Positions 29,498 through 39,292 of a DNA stretch of 64,000 nt are shown in pieces. The stretch is from Candidatus Iainarchaeum sp. GTDB lineage: Archaea; Iainarchaeota; Iainarchaeia; Iainarchaeales; JAAZKV01. Every line of letters begins with the position of its first letter. Position 1 is the stretch's first letter. The stretch is taken from NCBI GenBank assembly GCA_026397015.1, contig JAPLVR010000006.1:156081-220080 (forward strand). The letters run 5' to 3'. The translations under genes and the position numbers were made by a program. Below the pieces are notes generated by a model. That model did no database searches. It had not been told where the DNA came from and saw only the letters and a list, made by a program, of their open reading frames with translations.

Positions 29498-30079
29498 ATG
29501 GCTATACAGGATGTGCCTCCGGGCTATGTGGTTGAAGAGGCGGGAAAAAAACTGTTGCCCGAACTTGAGGAACCGAAATTCGCCAGCTATGTTAAAACAG
29601 GGATGCATCGCGAAAGGAGCCCTGAAAGGGAAGACTGGTTCCCGATAAGATGCGCAAGCATATTGTACAGGGCTTACAAGGAAGGAGTAATAGGAACAGA
29701 AATGCTCAGGTCATACTACGGCGGAAAGAGAAACAGGGGAAGAAAAAAGGAACACTTTTACAAGGCAAGCGGAAAAGTGATCAGGACATGCGTACAGCAG
29801 CTTGAGAAAAAAGGGTACTTGAAAAAAGCGGAACCAAAAGGGAGAAAAATAACGCAGAAAGGAATGCAGTTGCTGGACAGTGCAGCGAAAATCGCGCAAG
29901 AAAACTGGAAACAGGGCAAGTACGTGAAAAAAGTCAGAATGGTCGTTGAAGACAAGGTGAAGAGGGAAGTTGAACAGGCACTAAGGGCGCAGGACAAAAG
30001 AGAAAAGGACAAACACGCCAAGCCGGAAAAAGTTCATCAGGCAAAGAGGGCTGAAAAGAAAGCCGAAGTTACAGAGTAA
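29498..30079 (+). CDS. rps19e: 30S ribosomal protein S19e
   Basis: VKTG.H.E.SP...DW...R.ASI, YGG, SG.VIR..QQLE. Confidence 0.95.
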   Translation: MAIQDVPPGYVVEEAGKKLLPELEEPKFASYVKTGMHRERSPEREDWFPIRCASILYRAYKEGVIGTEMLRSYYGGKRNRGRKKEHFYKASGKVIRTCVQQLEKKGYLKKAEPKGRKITQKGMQLLDSAAKIAQENWKQGKYVKKVRMVVEDKVKREVEQALRAQDKREKDKHAKPEKVHQAKRAEKKAEVTE

Positions 30080-30099
30080 AAAGAAAGAAGTGGGCAAAA

Positions 30100-30342
30100 A
30101 TGGGCAGCAACAAGGAAAAGGAATTCAAGGATTTCCAAATCAGCGAGAGAAAAAAGATAGGGTCGGGGCTGACGAACGCGCCGGTGTGGCTCATGCAAAA
30201 AGCCGGGAAAAGAATCTGGAACTCTAGGCAAAAAAGAACATGGAAAAATATAGAGCTTAAAGACAGGTTCGAAAGGCATAAAAGAAAACAGGCAAAAAAA
30301 ACGACTAAAACTGGAGACCACAAGACAAAGAAAAAAAATTGA
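30100..30342 (+). CDS. rpl39e: 50S ribosomal protein L39e
   Basis: N.PVW...K....R.W motif; position in the S19e operon. Confidence 0.8.
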   Translation: MGSNKEKEFKDFQISERKKIGSGLTNAPVWLMQKAGKRIWNSRQKRTWKNIELKDRFERHKRKQAKKTTKTGDHKTKKKN

Positions 30343-30380
30343 CAATAAAAAATTTGTTTTTTTGAAAAACGGTGAAGAAA

Positions 30381-30791
30381 ATGGCAAAAGAGTTTAAGGA
30401 AAAAACGATTACTGTAAATCTCAAGAAGGCATTTTTTAAGCCGACCTCCAAGAGGGCGAAATCGGCGCTCTTTTTCGTAAAAGAAGCCGTAAAAAAAGAA
30501 TCAAGAAAAAAGGAAGTCGCAATAAGCAACGGAATCAACGAAAGCCTCTGGGCGAGAGGGCTTTACAAAATCCCGAGAAGGATTGTCGTGAAAATTATTG
30601 CGGAAAAAGAAAGGGCATTCGTCTGCCTGCCGAATGAAAAAATTACGAAGAAAGAGGAAAAAAAAGGCGAAGCAAAAGTGATAAGGGAAAGCACGTCCGA
30701 AAAAATACAGGAAAAACTGAAAGAAGTTATTGAAGAAAAAAAAGAAGAAAGAAAAAAACGGAAGGCAAAGAAAAAAATGAGTCGAAGCTGA
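30381..30791 (+). CDS. rpl31e: 50S ribosomal protein L31e
   Basis: TVNL, KRA..A, INE.LWARG...PRRI.V. Confidence 0.92.
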   Translation: MAKEFKEKTITVNLKKAFFKPTSKRAKSALFFVKEAVKKESRKKEVAISNGINESLWARGLYKIPRRIVVKIIAEKERAFVCLPNEKITKKEEKKGEAKVIRESTSEKIQEKLKEVIEEKKEERKKRKAKKKMSRS

Positions 30792-30854
30792 AGGAAACAG
30801 CTGGAAAGAAAACGGAAGCAAAAAAATAATTTTTTCGGCAAATTACTTATTCTT

Positions 30855-31523
30855 ATGAAAGTTGAAATACTCAAGGTGCTGGGTTCGCCGTACGTAGGAT
30901 TATTCGGGGTGGCAAACGATTCGATCTGCTTCGTGCCGAACGGCATAGACAACTCGGCGGCAAAAAAAATAGAAGAAACGCTCGACGTAAAAACATTGAA
31001 AGTGAGCGTCTATGAAAGCTCGCTGCTCTCCGTGTTCGGCTGCATAAACAACAAAAAAATATTTCTGCCGTCAAATACGTCGGCGAGGGAAATCGAGGCG
31101 ATTGAAAAGGAAATGAAGGTTGAAATTATCAATACTGGAAACGCGCTCGGGAATCTGGTTGCAATAAACGATTTCGGCGCGGTAATATCAAAAACTCTGC
31201 CAAGCGAAATCGCAATGCAGATAAAATCAAGCGGGCTGAATGTGGCGCACATGAATGTGGCCCAAAGCGAAGTAGTTGGATCGTCAATAGTGGCAACAAG
31301 CACCGGATTCGTGATGAATCCGAATTCATCGAAAGAAGAGGTTAAAAAGGTTCAGGAAACACTTAATGTTAGCGGAGGATTCTCCACGGCAAACGCCGGG
31401 GACGTATTCATAAGAAACTCCATAATTGCAAATGCGAAAGGGTTTGTTGCTGGAAGCTTAACGACCGGGCACGAACTCAACAGAATTGAAGAGGCGCTGG
31501 GTGAGAAAAAATGGCACAAATGA
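30855..31523 (+). CDS. eif6: Translation initiation factor 6
   Basis: GSPYVGLF, GNLVA.ND.GA, VGS, TAN.G, G..TTG.EL.RIEEAL. Confidence 0.95.
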   Translation: MKVEILKVLGSPYVGLFGVANDSICFVPNGIDNSAAKKIEETLDVKTLKVSVYESSLLSVFGCINNKKIFLPSNTSAREIEAIEKEMKVEIINTGNALGNLVAINDFGAVISKTLPSEIAMQIKSSGLNVAHMNVAQSEVVGSSIVATSTGFVMNPNSSKEEVKKVQETLNVSGGFSTANAGDVFIRNSIIANAKGFVAGSLTTGHELNRIEEALGEKKWHK

Positions 31524-31708
31524 AACAATTCGAAGTGAAGGGAATATTCGAGAAAAACGGGAAAAAAGAAAAATTTGCAAAAATGGCCAGATGCGGAAGT
31601 GAAAAACTTGCGCGGGAAAGCGTTCTCAGCCAAATAGGCGGAAAACAGAGAATCAAAAGGGTAAACATTGAAATAACGGAAATAAAGGAATTCGAAGAAA
31701 AAAAATAG
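31511..31708 (+). CDS. rpl18a: 50S ribosomal protein L18a/LX
   Basis: F.VKG.F, F.K, A.E.V.S.IG..Q.IKR..I.I. Confidence 0.88.
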   Translation: MAQMKQFEVKGIFEKNGKKEKFAKMARCGSEKLARESVLSQIGGKQRIKRVNIEITEIKEFEEKK

Positions 31709-31718
31709 GGGAATAAAA

Positions 31719-32150
31719 ATGCCGCAATTTGAATTTTCAGAACAACAATTGCTTGAAATGGCAAGAGAGGCGGAAGCGGAAACGAACGGAAGAAGAATGG
31801 CGCTCGAAAGAATGAATGTGGCGCTGAGAGAAACCAACTCTACGATAGAATCGCTTGAAGAATTAAAGAAAAACAAGGAAACAATAGCTGTGAGGCTTGG
31901 TGCCGGCGTGATGATTGACGTGGAAGCAAAAGAAATTAAAAAATGCAAAAGAGCATTTTCGGAAAGCGGCTATCTGGAGGAAAGCGTTGATGACGCGGCA
32001 AAATGGCTGGGCGACAGAAAAAAAGAACTTATCACACAAATCGGAAAAATCGAGCAGGAACTCGCTGTCTCAAACAAAAAGCTCTCTGACCTTATAAGCA
32101 TCCTCAACCAAATAGAAGCTGAAAAAAGAAAAAACTTCAGCAGGCAATGA
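31719..32150 (+). CDS. pfdA: Prefoldin alpha subunit
   Basis: Coiled coils around V.LGAG; conserved position before ftsY. Confidence 0.85.
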   Translation: MPQFEFSEQQLLEMAREAEAETNGRRMALERMNVALRETNSTIESLEELKKNKETIAVRLGAGVMIDVEAKEIKKCKRAFSESGYLEESVDDAAKWLGDRKKELITQIGKIEQELAVSNKKLSDLISILNQIEAEKRKNFSRQ

Positions 32151-33715
32151 ATATGTTCGGATTCTTAAAGAAAAAAATCGCCGGCTTCAGCGAAAAGCTA
32201 AAGCAGACGCTTGAAAAAAAAACTCCCGCGGAAGCCAAAACTGTTTCTGAAGAATCGAAAAAAGCGGAAGAAGAAAAACAAAAAAAGGAACAACCGGTTC
32301 AAACCGTCCAAAGTTCGGAAAAGGAACAAAAAGAGGCGGCAAAAAAGGAAGAAGCTGAAAAACCAAAATCAAAAAAAGAGGAAAAAGCCGGGGAAATGGA
32401 AAAAAAACTTTTTGAAGAAATAGGGGCTGAAATAGAGGAAGAGGAAAAAAAAGAGCAAACGACCGGAAGCGCGGAAGGAGCCGAACCGCATGAAAGGATG
32501 AGAAGGCACCGCGGAAAAAAAATTGAAGGGATTCCAGAAAAAACAGGCGCGGAAAAAATTCCTGAGGGCGGAGAAGAAGAGGTCGGCGCGGAAGAACTCG
32601 AGGAAATCGGCGAAGCAATCGAAGAAGAAAAAAAAGGCGAAGGCGGAGACAAAGAAATCGAAGAGGCGATGGAAGAGGAAAAAGAAAAAACAAGGGAAGG
32701 TAAAATCGAAGAAATAAAAAGGGAAATGGGCGAAAGAGCTGCAGCGGTTGAAATTAAAAGGGAAGAAAAACAAAAAAAGAAATTTGAAATAAAAAAAGCC
32801 GGGGAAGACAAGCGCGAATTAAAAGCCAAGGTGGGCGTGAAGGGAAATATCTTTGGAAGAATTTTCGGCGGCGTCGCGATAAAAGAAAGCGAAGTAAGTG
32901 AATTGCTCTCGGAGCTCGAACTGAGTTTAATTGAAAGCGACGTTGAACAGGGTGCGGCGCGTGAACTCGTCGCAAAAATAAAGGAAAGAATTGTCGGACA
33001 AAAAGTTTCGCTGAAAAGCATCGACGAGTTTCTGAAAGAACAAATAAAAGAAATTTTAGTGGAAATGATGAAAACGGAGGAAATCGATCTTTTGCAGAGG
33101 ATAAAGGAGAAAAAAAAGCAGGGAAAGCCCTACAAAATACTTATGCTCGGGCCGAACGGGGCGGGAAAAACCACTACCATTGCCAAACTCGCCAACCACT
33201 TTCAAAAAAACAATTTGAGCGTAATAATAGCCGCTGGAGATACCTTTAGGGCGGCTGCAATCGACCAAATAGAAGTGCATGCAAAAAGGCTTGGCGTTAG
33301 GCTGGTTAAACACAAATACGGGGGGGATCCAACGGCTGTTGCTTTTGACGCGGTAAAGGCGGCGGAGGCGAACAAAATTGATGTTGTAATGATTGATTCG
33401 GCAGGAAGGCAGGAAACCAACAAAAATTTAATGGAAGAACTCAAAAAAATGGGTCGCGTAGTAGAACCGGATTTAAAATTATATGTGGGAGAAGCGTACG
33501 CCGGGCAGGGATTATTGGAACAGGCGAAAGAATTTGACGATGCTGTCGGGCTCGACGGATTCATACTGACAAAAATTGATACGGACGCGAAAGGCGGAAC
33601 AACAATTTCGCTGCTTTACAAATTGAAGAAGCCGATTCTTTATGTTGGAACCGGGCAGGGGTATGATGATTTCCAAAAGTTCACTCCGGAGTTTGTGCTG
33701 AACAGGATAATTTGA
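32147..33715 (+). CDS. ftsY: SRP receptor FtsY
   Basis: Acidic N-region, GPNGAGKTTTIAKL, DTFRAAA, DSAGR, TKID.DAKGG. Confidence 0.96.
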   Translation: MNMFGFLKKKIAGFSEKLKQTLEKKTPAEAKTVSEESKKAEEEKQKKEQPVQTVQSSEKEQKEAAKKEEAEKPKSKKEEKAGEMEKKLFEEIGAEIEEEEKKEQTTGSAEGAEPHERMRRHRGKKIEGIPEKTGAEKIPEGGEEEVGAEELEEIGEAIEEEKKGEGGDKEIEEAMEEEKEKTREGKIEEIKREMGERAAAVEIKREEKQKKKFEIKKAGEDKRELKAKVGVKGNIFGRIFGGVAIKESEVSELLSELELSLIESDVEQGAARELVAKIKERIVGQKVSLKSIDEFLKEQIKEILVEMMKTEEIDLLQRIKEKKKQGKPYKILMLGPNGAGKTTTIAKLANHFQKNNLSVIIAAGDTFRAAAIDQIEVHAKRLGVRLVKHKYGGDPTAVAFDAVKAAEANKIDVVMIDSAGRQETNKNLMEELKKMGRVVEPDLKLYVGEAYAGQGLLEQAKEFDDAVGLDGFILTKIDTDAKGGTTISLLYKLKKPILYVGTGQGYDDFQKFTPEFVLNRII

Positions 33716-33780
33716 TTCGACACAGGGCAAAAACTCATTAGAAAGCAATAAATATTCCGCAAGCATATATTTTGTTCGAA

Positions 33781-35724
33781 ATGGACAAAAAAATTATTCT
33801 CTTTTTTCTTCTGCTTTTGATATTTATTCCTGCTTTCTGCTACGCAAAAAGTTATTCAATCCCAAACGCAAAAGTGGAATTCACGATAAATGGAAACGGG
33901 TCAATAAGCGCAACCGAATACATTACGTTTAGTTTCAGCGGAAGCTTCACATTTGCGTACAGATATCTTCCGAAAGGAAGCTGGCAGTACGAAAACTTCC
34001 GCGTCTTTGATGGCGCCAAAGAATTAACATTTGAAACTGACGAAGAATGGAACAGAACAAAATACACGTGGTACTACTCCGCAACAAACGAACAAAAAAC
34101 ATTCAAAATGCAATACACAATAAAAAACGCGGTTATGGCGTACAACGATGTAGGGGACTTTTACTGGAAAGTTTGGCAGGAAGGATGGGAAAAAGAGGTA
34201 GGAAACCTGGAAGGATTTATACTTCTGCCCGGAAAAGTGAATGACTCAAAAGAAGTCTATTCCTGGGGTTATCCGAATTTGAACGGAAAAATCGGTTTGG
34301 TTGATAATCAAAAATTAATTTTCCAGGTTCTGAATGTGCCGGCAAATAATTGGGTGGAAATAAGGGTTGCATTTCCAAGGACGCTGCTGAAAAGCACTAA
34401 TTTTGCGATTGAAGAAAACACAGACGGGTTGGAAAAAATAATTTCAGAGGCGGCAAACTATTCGCCGATGACTAACCAAATGTCATCATTATTCGAATCA
34501 ATAATTCCATTATTGATAGTGCTCTTTGTTGGAATACTCATGTACCTCTTAATCATAAAATTTAGAAAAGTCACAATTTTAATTTTTCCAGCAATACTAG
34601 TCGGGGCAATATTGCTTCCAATTTTTTTTGAGACCTTAACCGCCCAAACAACAAATCTTATTATTTCTATTTTAATCTTTGGAGGAATCCAAGTTGTAAT
34701 ATTCATAATTTGCTGGCATTTTTGGGGCAGAGAACCAAAAACAGATTACAACGCAGTATACGAAAGGGAACCACCATATGAATATTCTCCCACAATAGTA
34801 AAAATGCTGACCAAGGGGGGCATAATAAAAGGCGCAAGTGCAGAAGACATAACTGGGGAAATTCTAGTGCTTGCGCTGAAGGGAAAAATCGCAATCGAAA
34901 AAAAAGACAAAACTTATATAATACACATAAAGAATGGAGACTCCGCGGGAATTACCGAAAGCCAAACAATGATTTTGGATTTGTTGGGCGGAGCAGCTGG
35001 CTATGATTACCAATCGTTTTGGGAAAAATATATCTTGCGAAGGAAACTGGAACCAACACCATATTTGGCAACAATCAAAGATATTCAAAAATATTTGGAA
35101 AACACTCCGTCCTACAGCAGGGAATGGTATGAAGACTGGAAAAACGCCGCATCGGAAGAATATCAAAATGAAAATTTTGACGGAGAAAGTAATGGAATAA
35201 TTCCTTACATAATATTGAGCATAATAAATTTGTATATATCAATAAATATATCTGCCACCATAATAGTTGCGCCAAATCAATGGCTCGCCCCTTTAACAAT
35301 TTCAATTGCCTGCTATTTACTTTTTCCGCAAGCCCTTGCAGTCAGAACGCAAAAAGGTGCCCTCCACTATGAAAGGTGGATAAAATTCAAAAAATTCCTT
35401 CACGATTTTTCCGCACTCAAAGAGGTGCCGCCGACCGCAATTGCACTTTGGGAAAAATACCTTGTTTATGCAATTCCATTGGGCGAAGCAAAAAATGTTG
35501 AGAAGGCGATGAAATTCGCATTCAAAGATTATCATATGGAAGTGCATTCATCAATATTTATTGGAAGCGCAATGGGAAGCTTTTCCGTTGGAGACCTCTC
35601 CGGAATATCCTCGGGCTTCTCTTCCGCATTCTCCTCCGCAATGGCAACCTCCGGAGGCGGAGGATTTGGGGGCGGGGGTGGCGGCGGTGGAGGGGGAGGC
35701 GGAGGCGGCGGGGGAGCGGGTTAA
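33781..35724 (+). CDS. DUF2207-family membrane protein
   Basis: Signal peptide, REPP, F.KFL.DFS, LWE.YLVYA..LG, Gly-rich tail. Confidence 0.9.
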   Translation: MDKKIILFFLLLLIFIPAFCYAKSYSIPNAKVEFTINGNGSISATEYITFSFSGSFTFAYRYLPKGSWQYENFRVFDGAKELTFETDEEWNRTKYTWYYSATNEQKTFKMQYTIKNAVMAYNDVGDFYWKVWQEGWEKEVGNLEGFILLPGKVNDSKEVYSWGYPNLNGKIGLVDNQKLIFQVLNVPANNWVEIRVAFPRTLLKSTNFAIEENTDGLEKIISEAANYSPMTNQMSSLFESIIPLLIVLFVGILMYLLIIKFRKVTILIFPAILVGAILLPIFFETLTAQTTNLIISILIFGGIQVVIFIICWHFWGREPKTDYNAVYEREPPYEYSPTIVKMLTKGGIIKGASAEDITGEILVLALKGKIAIEKKDKTYIIHIKNGDSAGITESQTMILDLLGGAAGYDYQSFWEKYILRRKLEPTPYLATIKDIQKYLENTPSYSREWYEDWKNAASEEYQNENFDGESNGIIPYIILSIINLYISINISATIIVAPNQWLAPLTISIACYLLFPQALAVRTQKGALHYERWIKFKKFLHDFSALKEVPPTAIALWEKYLVYAIPLGEAKNVEKAMKFAFKDYHMEVHSSIFIGSAMGSFSVGDLSGISSGFSSAFSSAMATSGGGGFGGGGGGGGGGGGGGGGAG

Positions 35725-35778
35725 AAAAACTGCTTGGTTAAAATTAGATTTTTTTTGTCCACGCAAGATTGCAATTCT

Positions 35779-35814
35779 GTCACCGGCATTTAAGTCTAGA
35801 AAACAATAAATATT
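35779..35814 (+). promoter_or_regulatory. Conserved box (CACCGGCAT) plus BRE/TATA-like element of the Mrr-like gene
   Basis: gtcaccggcatttaagtctagaaaacaataaata; spacing matches the other copies. Confidence 0.45.
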
Positions 35815-35833
35815 GAAAAAACTTATTTATGCA

Positions 35834-36876
35834 ATGGAATATCCTCTTCTATTTTATTGCGGAAAGAGACCTGACAACTGTCAAAGCCAAATGAAAAAGG
35901 ATTTAATAAAATACGTCAAAGAGGAAAGCAAAAAACACCATTTTCCATCTCGGAGAGAACTTCAAAACAAATTTCACTTTCGACTAGACCCCTTTTCAAT
36001 GGAATCGAAGAACTATATGCTTTTGCTGGGCTGGCATACAAACTCGCCCCAGACCAAAATGAAAAAGTTATAAAGGCAACAATGTTATTAGAACTAATTC
36101 TCAATAACTTATACAAGCTTGATTTAACCTTAATTAAATACAGGACAGCAACTGAAAGGGGTATAGATATAGTTGCCAAAAAAAATAATGCATTAGTTGG
36201 CATTGAATTGAAGGCATATAATTCTGGCGAAGCACTTAAAACCAAAGACTTTAAGCAAGTCAAAAAAGCCATTGTAAATGAAAACCTTGATAAAGCACTT
36301 ATCATAACTACCACAAGCAAAGTAAACAAACAAGTTAAACCAAATAACCAAATTCAGATAATAAATTACGACCAACTGAGTTATTTGCTTGGAGAAACGG
36401 CACTTGAAACACTTAATTATATTCGAAATTCTTCAGTAAATAAAATCAGCATTACAAGGGAAATAAACAAGAAGAGAATACTCAATTATATTTTTACAGA
36501 ATATTCCACAAATGGCAGAAAGCCCTGTTGCAACGACATAGCCAAAGATTTACGATTGCATATTTATACTTATTTTGATAGTCTTTTTACTATTTATAAA
36601 ACACTAAACATTTTGCCGCCAACAACAAAAATGAAAGGAACTCGATCCAAACAACCTGATAAAGAACTTATTGAGATGTGGAAAACCGAATTTAAGAAAT
36701 ACATTCTAGAAGAAGTAAAATATGACAGATACCCCTCAGGAGAAAAAGTTGGAAAACACTTAGGAGTATCGCACATATGGAACATAGTTAAGATTTCTGA
36801 CTTATACAAGGAACTTGGTTTAATACCATATAGAGAACGGTCAAAAAGAAAACTCACTCTCCGCGCAGAATCTTGA
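35834..36876 (+). pseudogene. Mrr-like restriction endonuclease gene split by a -1 frameshift near 35995
   Basis: GIDIVA..GIELKAY (PD-D/ExK); the -1 frame reads FNGIEELYAFAGL into ORF 36082; repeated PS...LY..GL modules. Confidence 0.7.
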
Positions 36877-37774
36877 TGCGCAGATTAATATCGGGGTGAG
36901 TTGAGAACAAAGACTTCATCCAAAGCTTCTGACCCTTCAAAGGATTTGCGATATACAAATGGGCGGTTGCCTTGTTCGCGGCTTCCAAAGGTTCGGTATC
37001 TTTTGAGATTGTTTCGAGCGCGGAAGCGAGACCCTCCGGATTTCGCGTCATTTCAACCGCGGAAGCGTCGGCGACAAATTCCCTTTTTCTTGAAATGGCG
37101 AATTGAATCATCTGCGCAATTATGGGCGTGAGAATTGCAAGAATAACTGCAACAACAATTATTATAATAAAAAATATTCCCGAACCTTTCGAATCGCTGT
37201 CGCCGCTTGGGCGCGAATAAAAAATGAAGCGAATCATGAAATCAGAAATTAAAACAGCTATTCCGACAAGAACCGTTGCAAGAGTCATTGTTCTGATATC
37301 ATAATTTTTTATGTGAGAAAGTTCGTGAGCAATCACCCCTTGTAGTTGATCCCTGTTAAGGCGAGTAAGACAACCTGTGGTAACACAAACAACAGCGTGT
37401 GCGGGGTCGCGGCCGGTGGCGAAAGCATTAATTGCAGAATCATTAATTGTGAAAATCCTCGGCTTAGGAATTCCAGAAGCAATCGCCAACTCTTCAACAA
37501 TATTATGAAGCTTTTTGTAATCTTCTATGGGGGCTTCTTTCGCGCCTGAAATGGCGGTAACAATCCTGTCAGAAGCATAGTATGAAATTATTGCGAACAA
37601 AATTGTGAGGACTCCGAAAATTGTGAAAAAAAATGCGAAGCCGCCGCCGGAATAAATATTGAGGACAAAAGACATCAAATAAGCAAGGGTCCCTATCAAA
37701 ACGAAGAACATGAAAAAAAGGACATAAGTCATGCGCTTATTCTTCGAAACCTGCTCGTAAAAATCAATCATCAA
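36854..37774 (-). CDS. htpX: Zn protease HtpX
   Basis: NAFATGRDP, AHELSH, ISR.REF.AD, STHP. Confidence 0.95.
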   Translation of the reverse strand: MMIDFYEQVSKNKRMTYVLFFMFFVLIGTLAYLMSFVLNIYSGGGFAFFFTIFGVLTILFAIISYYASDRIVTAISGAKEAPIEDYKKLHNIVEELAIASGIPKPRIFTINDSAINAFATGRDPAHAVVCVTTGCLTRLNRDQLQGVIAHELSHIKNYDIRTMTLATVLVGIAVLISDFMIRFIFYSRPSGDSDSKGSGIFFIIIIVVAVILAILTPIIAQMIQFAISRKREFVADASAVEMTRNPEGLASALETISKDTEPLEAANKATAHLYIANPLKGQKLWMKSLFSTHPDINLRIKILRGE

Positions 37775-37829
37775 AACTCACCAACTATCTTAATTCAAAC
37801 GAAGAACAGAAAAAAAATAAAAAAAAGCG

Positions 37830-38411
37830 TTATTTGTCGAGATCAGAGAAATCAACTTTAACGCTTTTCTTTGCTTCATCTTCAACTTCAAAGTATTCTC
37901 TCTCCTTGCCCATTCCGAACATGGAAGCAACTATATTTGAAGGAAAAACCGCAATCTTGGTGTTCCAAACCATTACAACATCATTGTAAAACTGCCTGGC
38001 GAAAGCAACCTTGTTCTCTGTTGAAGAAAGCTCTTCCTGCAAAGCGATGAAATTCTCGTTGGCTTTCAAAGAAGGATAAGCCTCCGCAACAGCAAAAACA
38101 GACTTCAACGCGCCGGCAAGCATGTTTTCCCCCCTAGCCGCTTCCCTTGGGGATTTGGCAGAAAGAATCGCTGTTCTTGCCTTCGTTACTTCTGTAAGGA
38201 CGCTCTTTTCGAATTTGGCGTAACCCTTAACGGTTTCAAGCAAATTCGGAATAAGGTCGGCTCTTCGTTTCAACTGAACATCAATCTGTGCCCATGCGTT
38301 ACCCACCCTCTTTGACAGGGAAATAATCGAGTTGTACATTGCAATAATTGCAAACACCAGAACGGCAACTATAACTATGAGCGCGATTCCAACCATTGTA
38401 AGTGGATCCAT
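37830..38411 (-). CDS. lemA: LemA-family protein
   Basis: AWAQIDVQLKRRADLIPNL, EAYP.LKANENF. Confidence 0.95.
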   Translation of the reverse strand: MDPLTMVGIALIVIVAVLVFAIIAMYNSIISLSKRVGNAWAQIDVQLKRRADLIPNLLETVKGYAKFEKSVLTEVTKARTAILSAKSPREAARGENMLAGALKSVFAVAEAYPSLKANENFIALQEELSSTENKVAFARQFYNDVVMVWNTKIAVFPSNIVASMFGMGKEREYFEVEDEAKKSVKVDFSDLDK

Positions 38412-38527
38412 AAAAAAACCTCCTATCCAATAATTGTCCAATATACCTTAAAAAGGTTGCTCGATAGGAGCTGGTTGACAGTCAACAAAAAGAAAGGTTA
38501 ATAAGGTTTGGAAGGGGAATTATTCGT

Positions 38528-39088
38528 ATGGCGGCTGCAAGAAGAAGGCTGAAGATTGCTGAATTGGGATGGAAGGTAGAAGCGCTAAAAATCTCCGGTC
38601 TGAACGCGGGAAAAAGAAAGGAAACTTTTCCTGTTAAGCGGAGGGTTGCTGCAGGAAAAAGGCGGCGGGCAATTATTTTTGGAGACCAGAAAACGGTGAA
38701 ACTTATCGAATCGCTTCCGAAAAGGGAGAAGGGTTGGGCGAAAAGGCTCTCATCAAACGACTGGCGGGCCAGAAGGGGCGCAATCTGGGGGCTCTATACC
38801 TGCGTGTCGCCCAATTTCCTGAAAAGCCGCCCGAAATTGGCGCCGAAGGCAATCGCTTTGATGGAACAGATGCTGAAAGACGATGAAGCAGAGGTGAGGC
38901 TGGAAACGGTGGTAAGGCTTGGCTATCTGGATGCAAAACAGAGCGCCGCAAAAGTGAAACCGCTTCTGAAAGATGCAGATTATTTTGTCCGCGGAAATGC
39001 CGAATGGGCGCTCGGAATGTTTGCGCGTAAAAAGGGCGAAAATAGGGTATTGACCCTGGACGAAATCAGAAAAGCCAAAAAGCCCTGA
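38528..39088 (+). CDS. HEAT-repeat protein with Arg-rich N-terminus
   Basis: L.D.D..VR..A..AL repeats. Confidence 0.75.
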   Translation: MAAARRRLKIAELGWKVEALKISGLNAGKRKETFPVKRRVAAGKRRRAIIFGDQKTVKLIESLPKREKGWAKRLSSNDWRARRGAIWGLYTCVSPNFLKSRPKLAPKAIALMEQMLKDDEAEVRLETVVRLGYLDAKQSAAKVKPLLKDADYFVRGNAEWALGMFARKKGENRVLTLDEIRKAKKP

Positions 39089-39092
39089 AAAA

Positions 39093-39218
39093 TCAGCGCT
39101 TGAAAATTATTTCCAGCAGGACAAAAATAATCGCCAGGGCGACAACGGCTGCGACCATGAGCTCGAAAACGAGCGAACTCATGCTTCCTTTTTCGCCGAA
39201 AATTCTTTTCAAATTCAT
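39093..39218 (-). CDS. Mini protein with class III (pilin-type) signal peptide
   Basis: MNLKRIFGEKG|SMSSLVFELMVAAVVALAIIFVLLEIIFKR read by eye (41 aa). Confidence 0.5.
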   Translation of the reverse strand: MNLKRIFGEKGSMSSLVFELMVAAVVALAIIFVLLEIIFKR

Positions 39219-39292
39219 TACAACCACAAAAGCCCTGCTTGAATTACATTTGGAATTTAATGTTTAAAACCCTTTGGGAACGTAATTTTGGC

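Noticed and set aside
32187-33021. Long Phe/Ser/Leu-rich antisense ORFs
   Set aside because: Shadow frames of the Glu/Lys-rich ftsY; the same applies to most overlapping ORFs in the track
35652-35721. G-rich GGN repeat or G-quadruplex
   Set aside because: Encodes the normal poly-Gly tail of DUF2207 proteins
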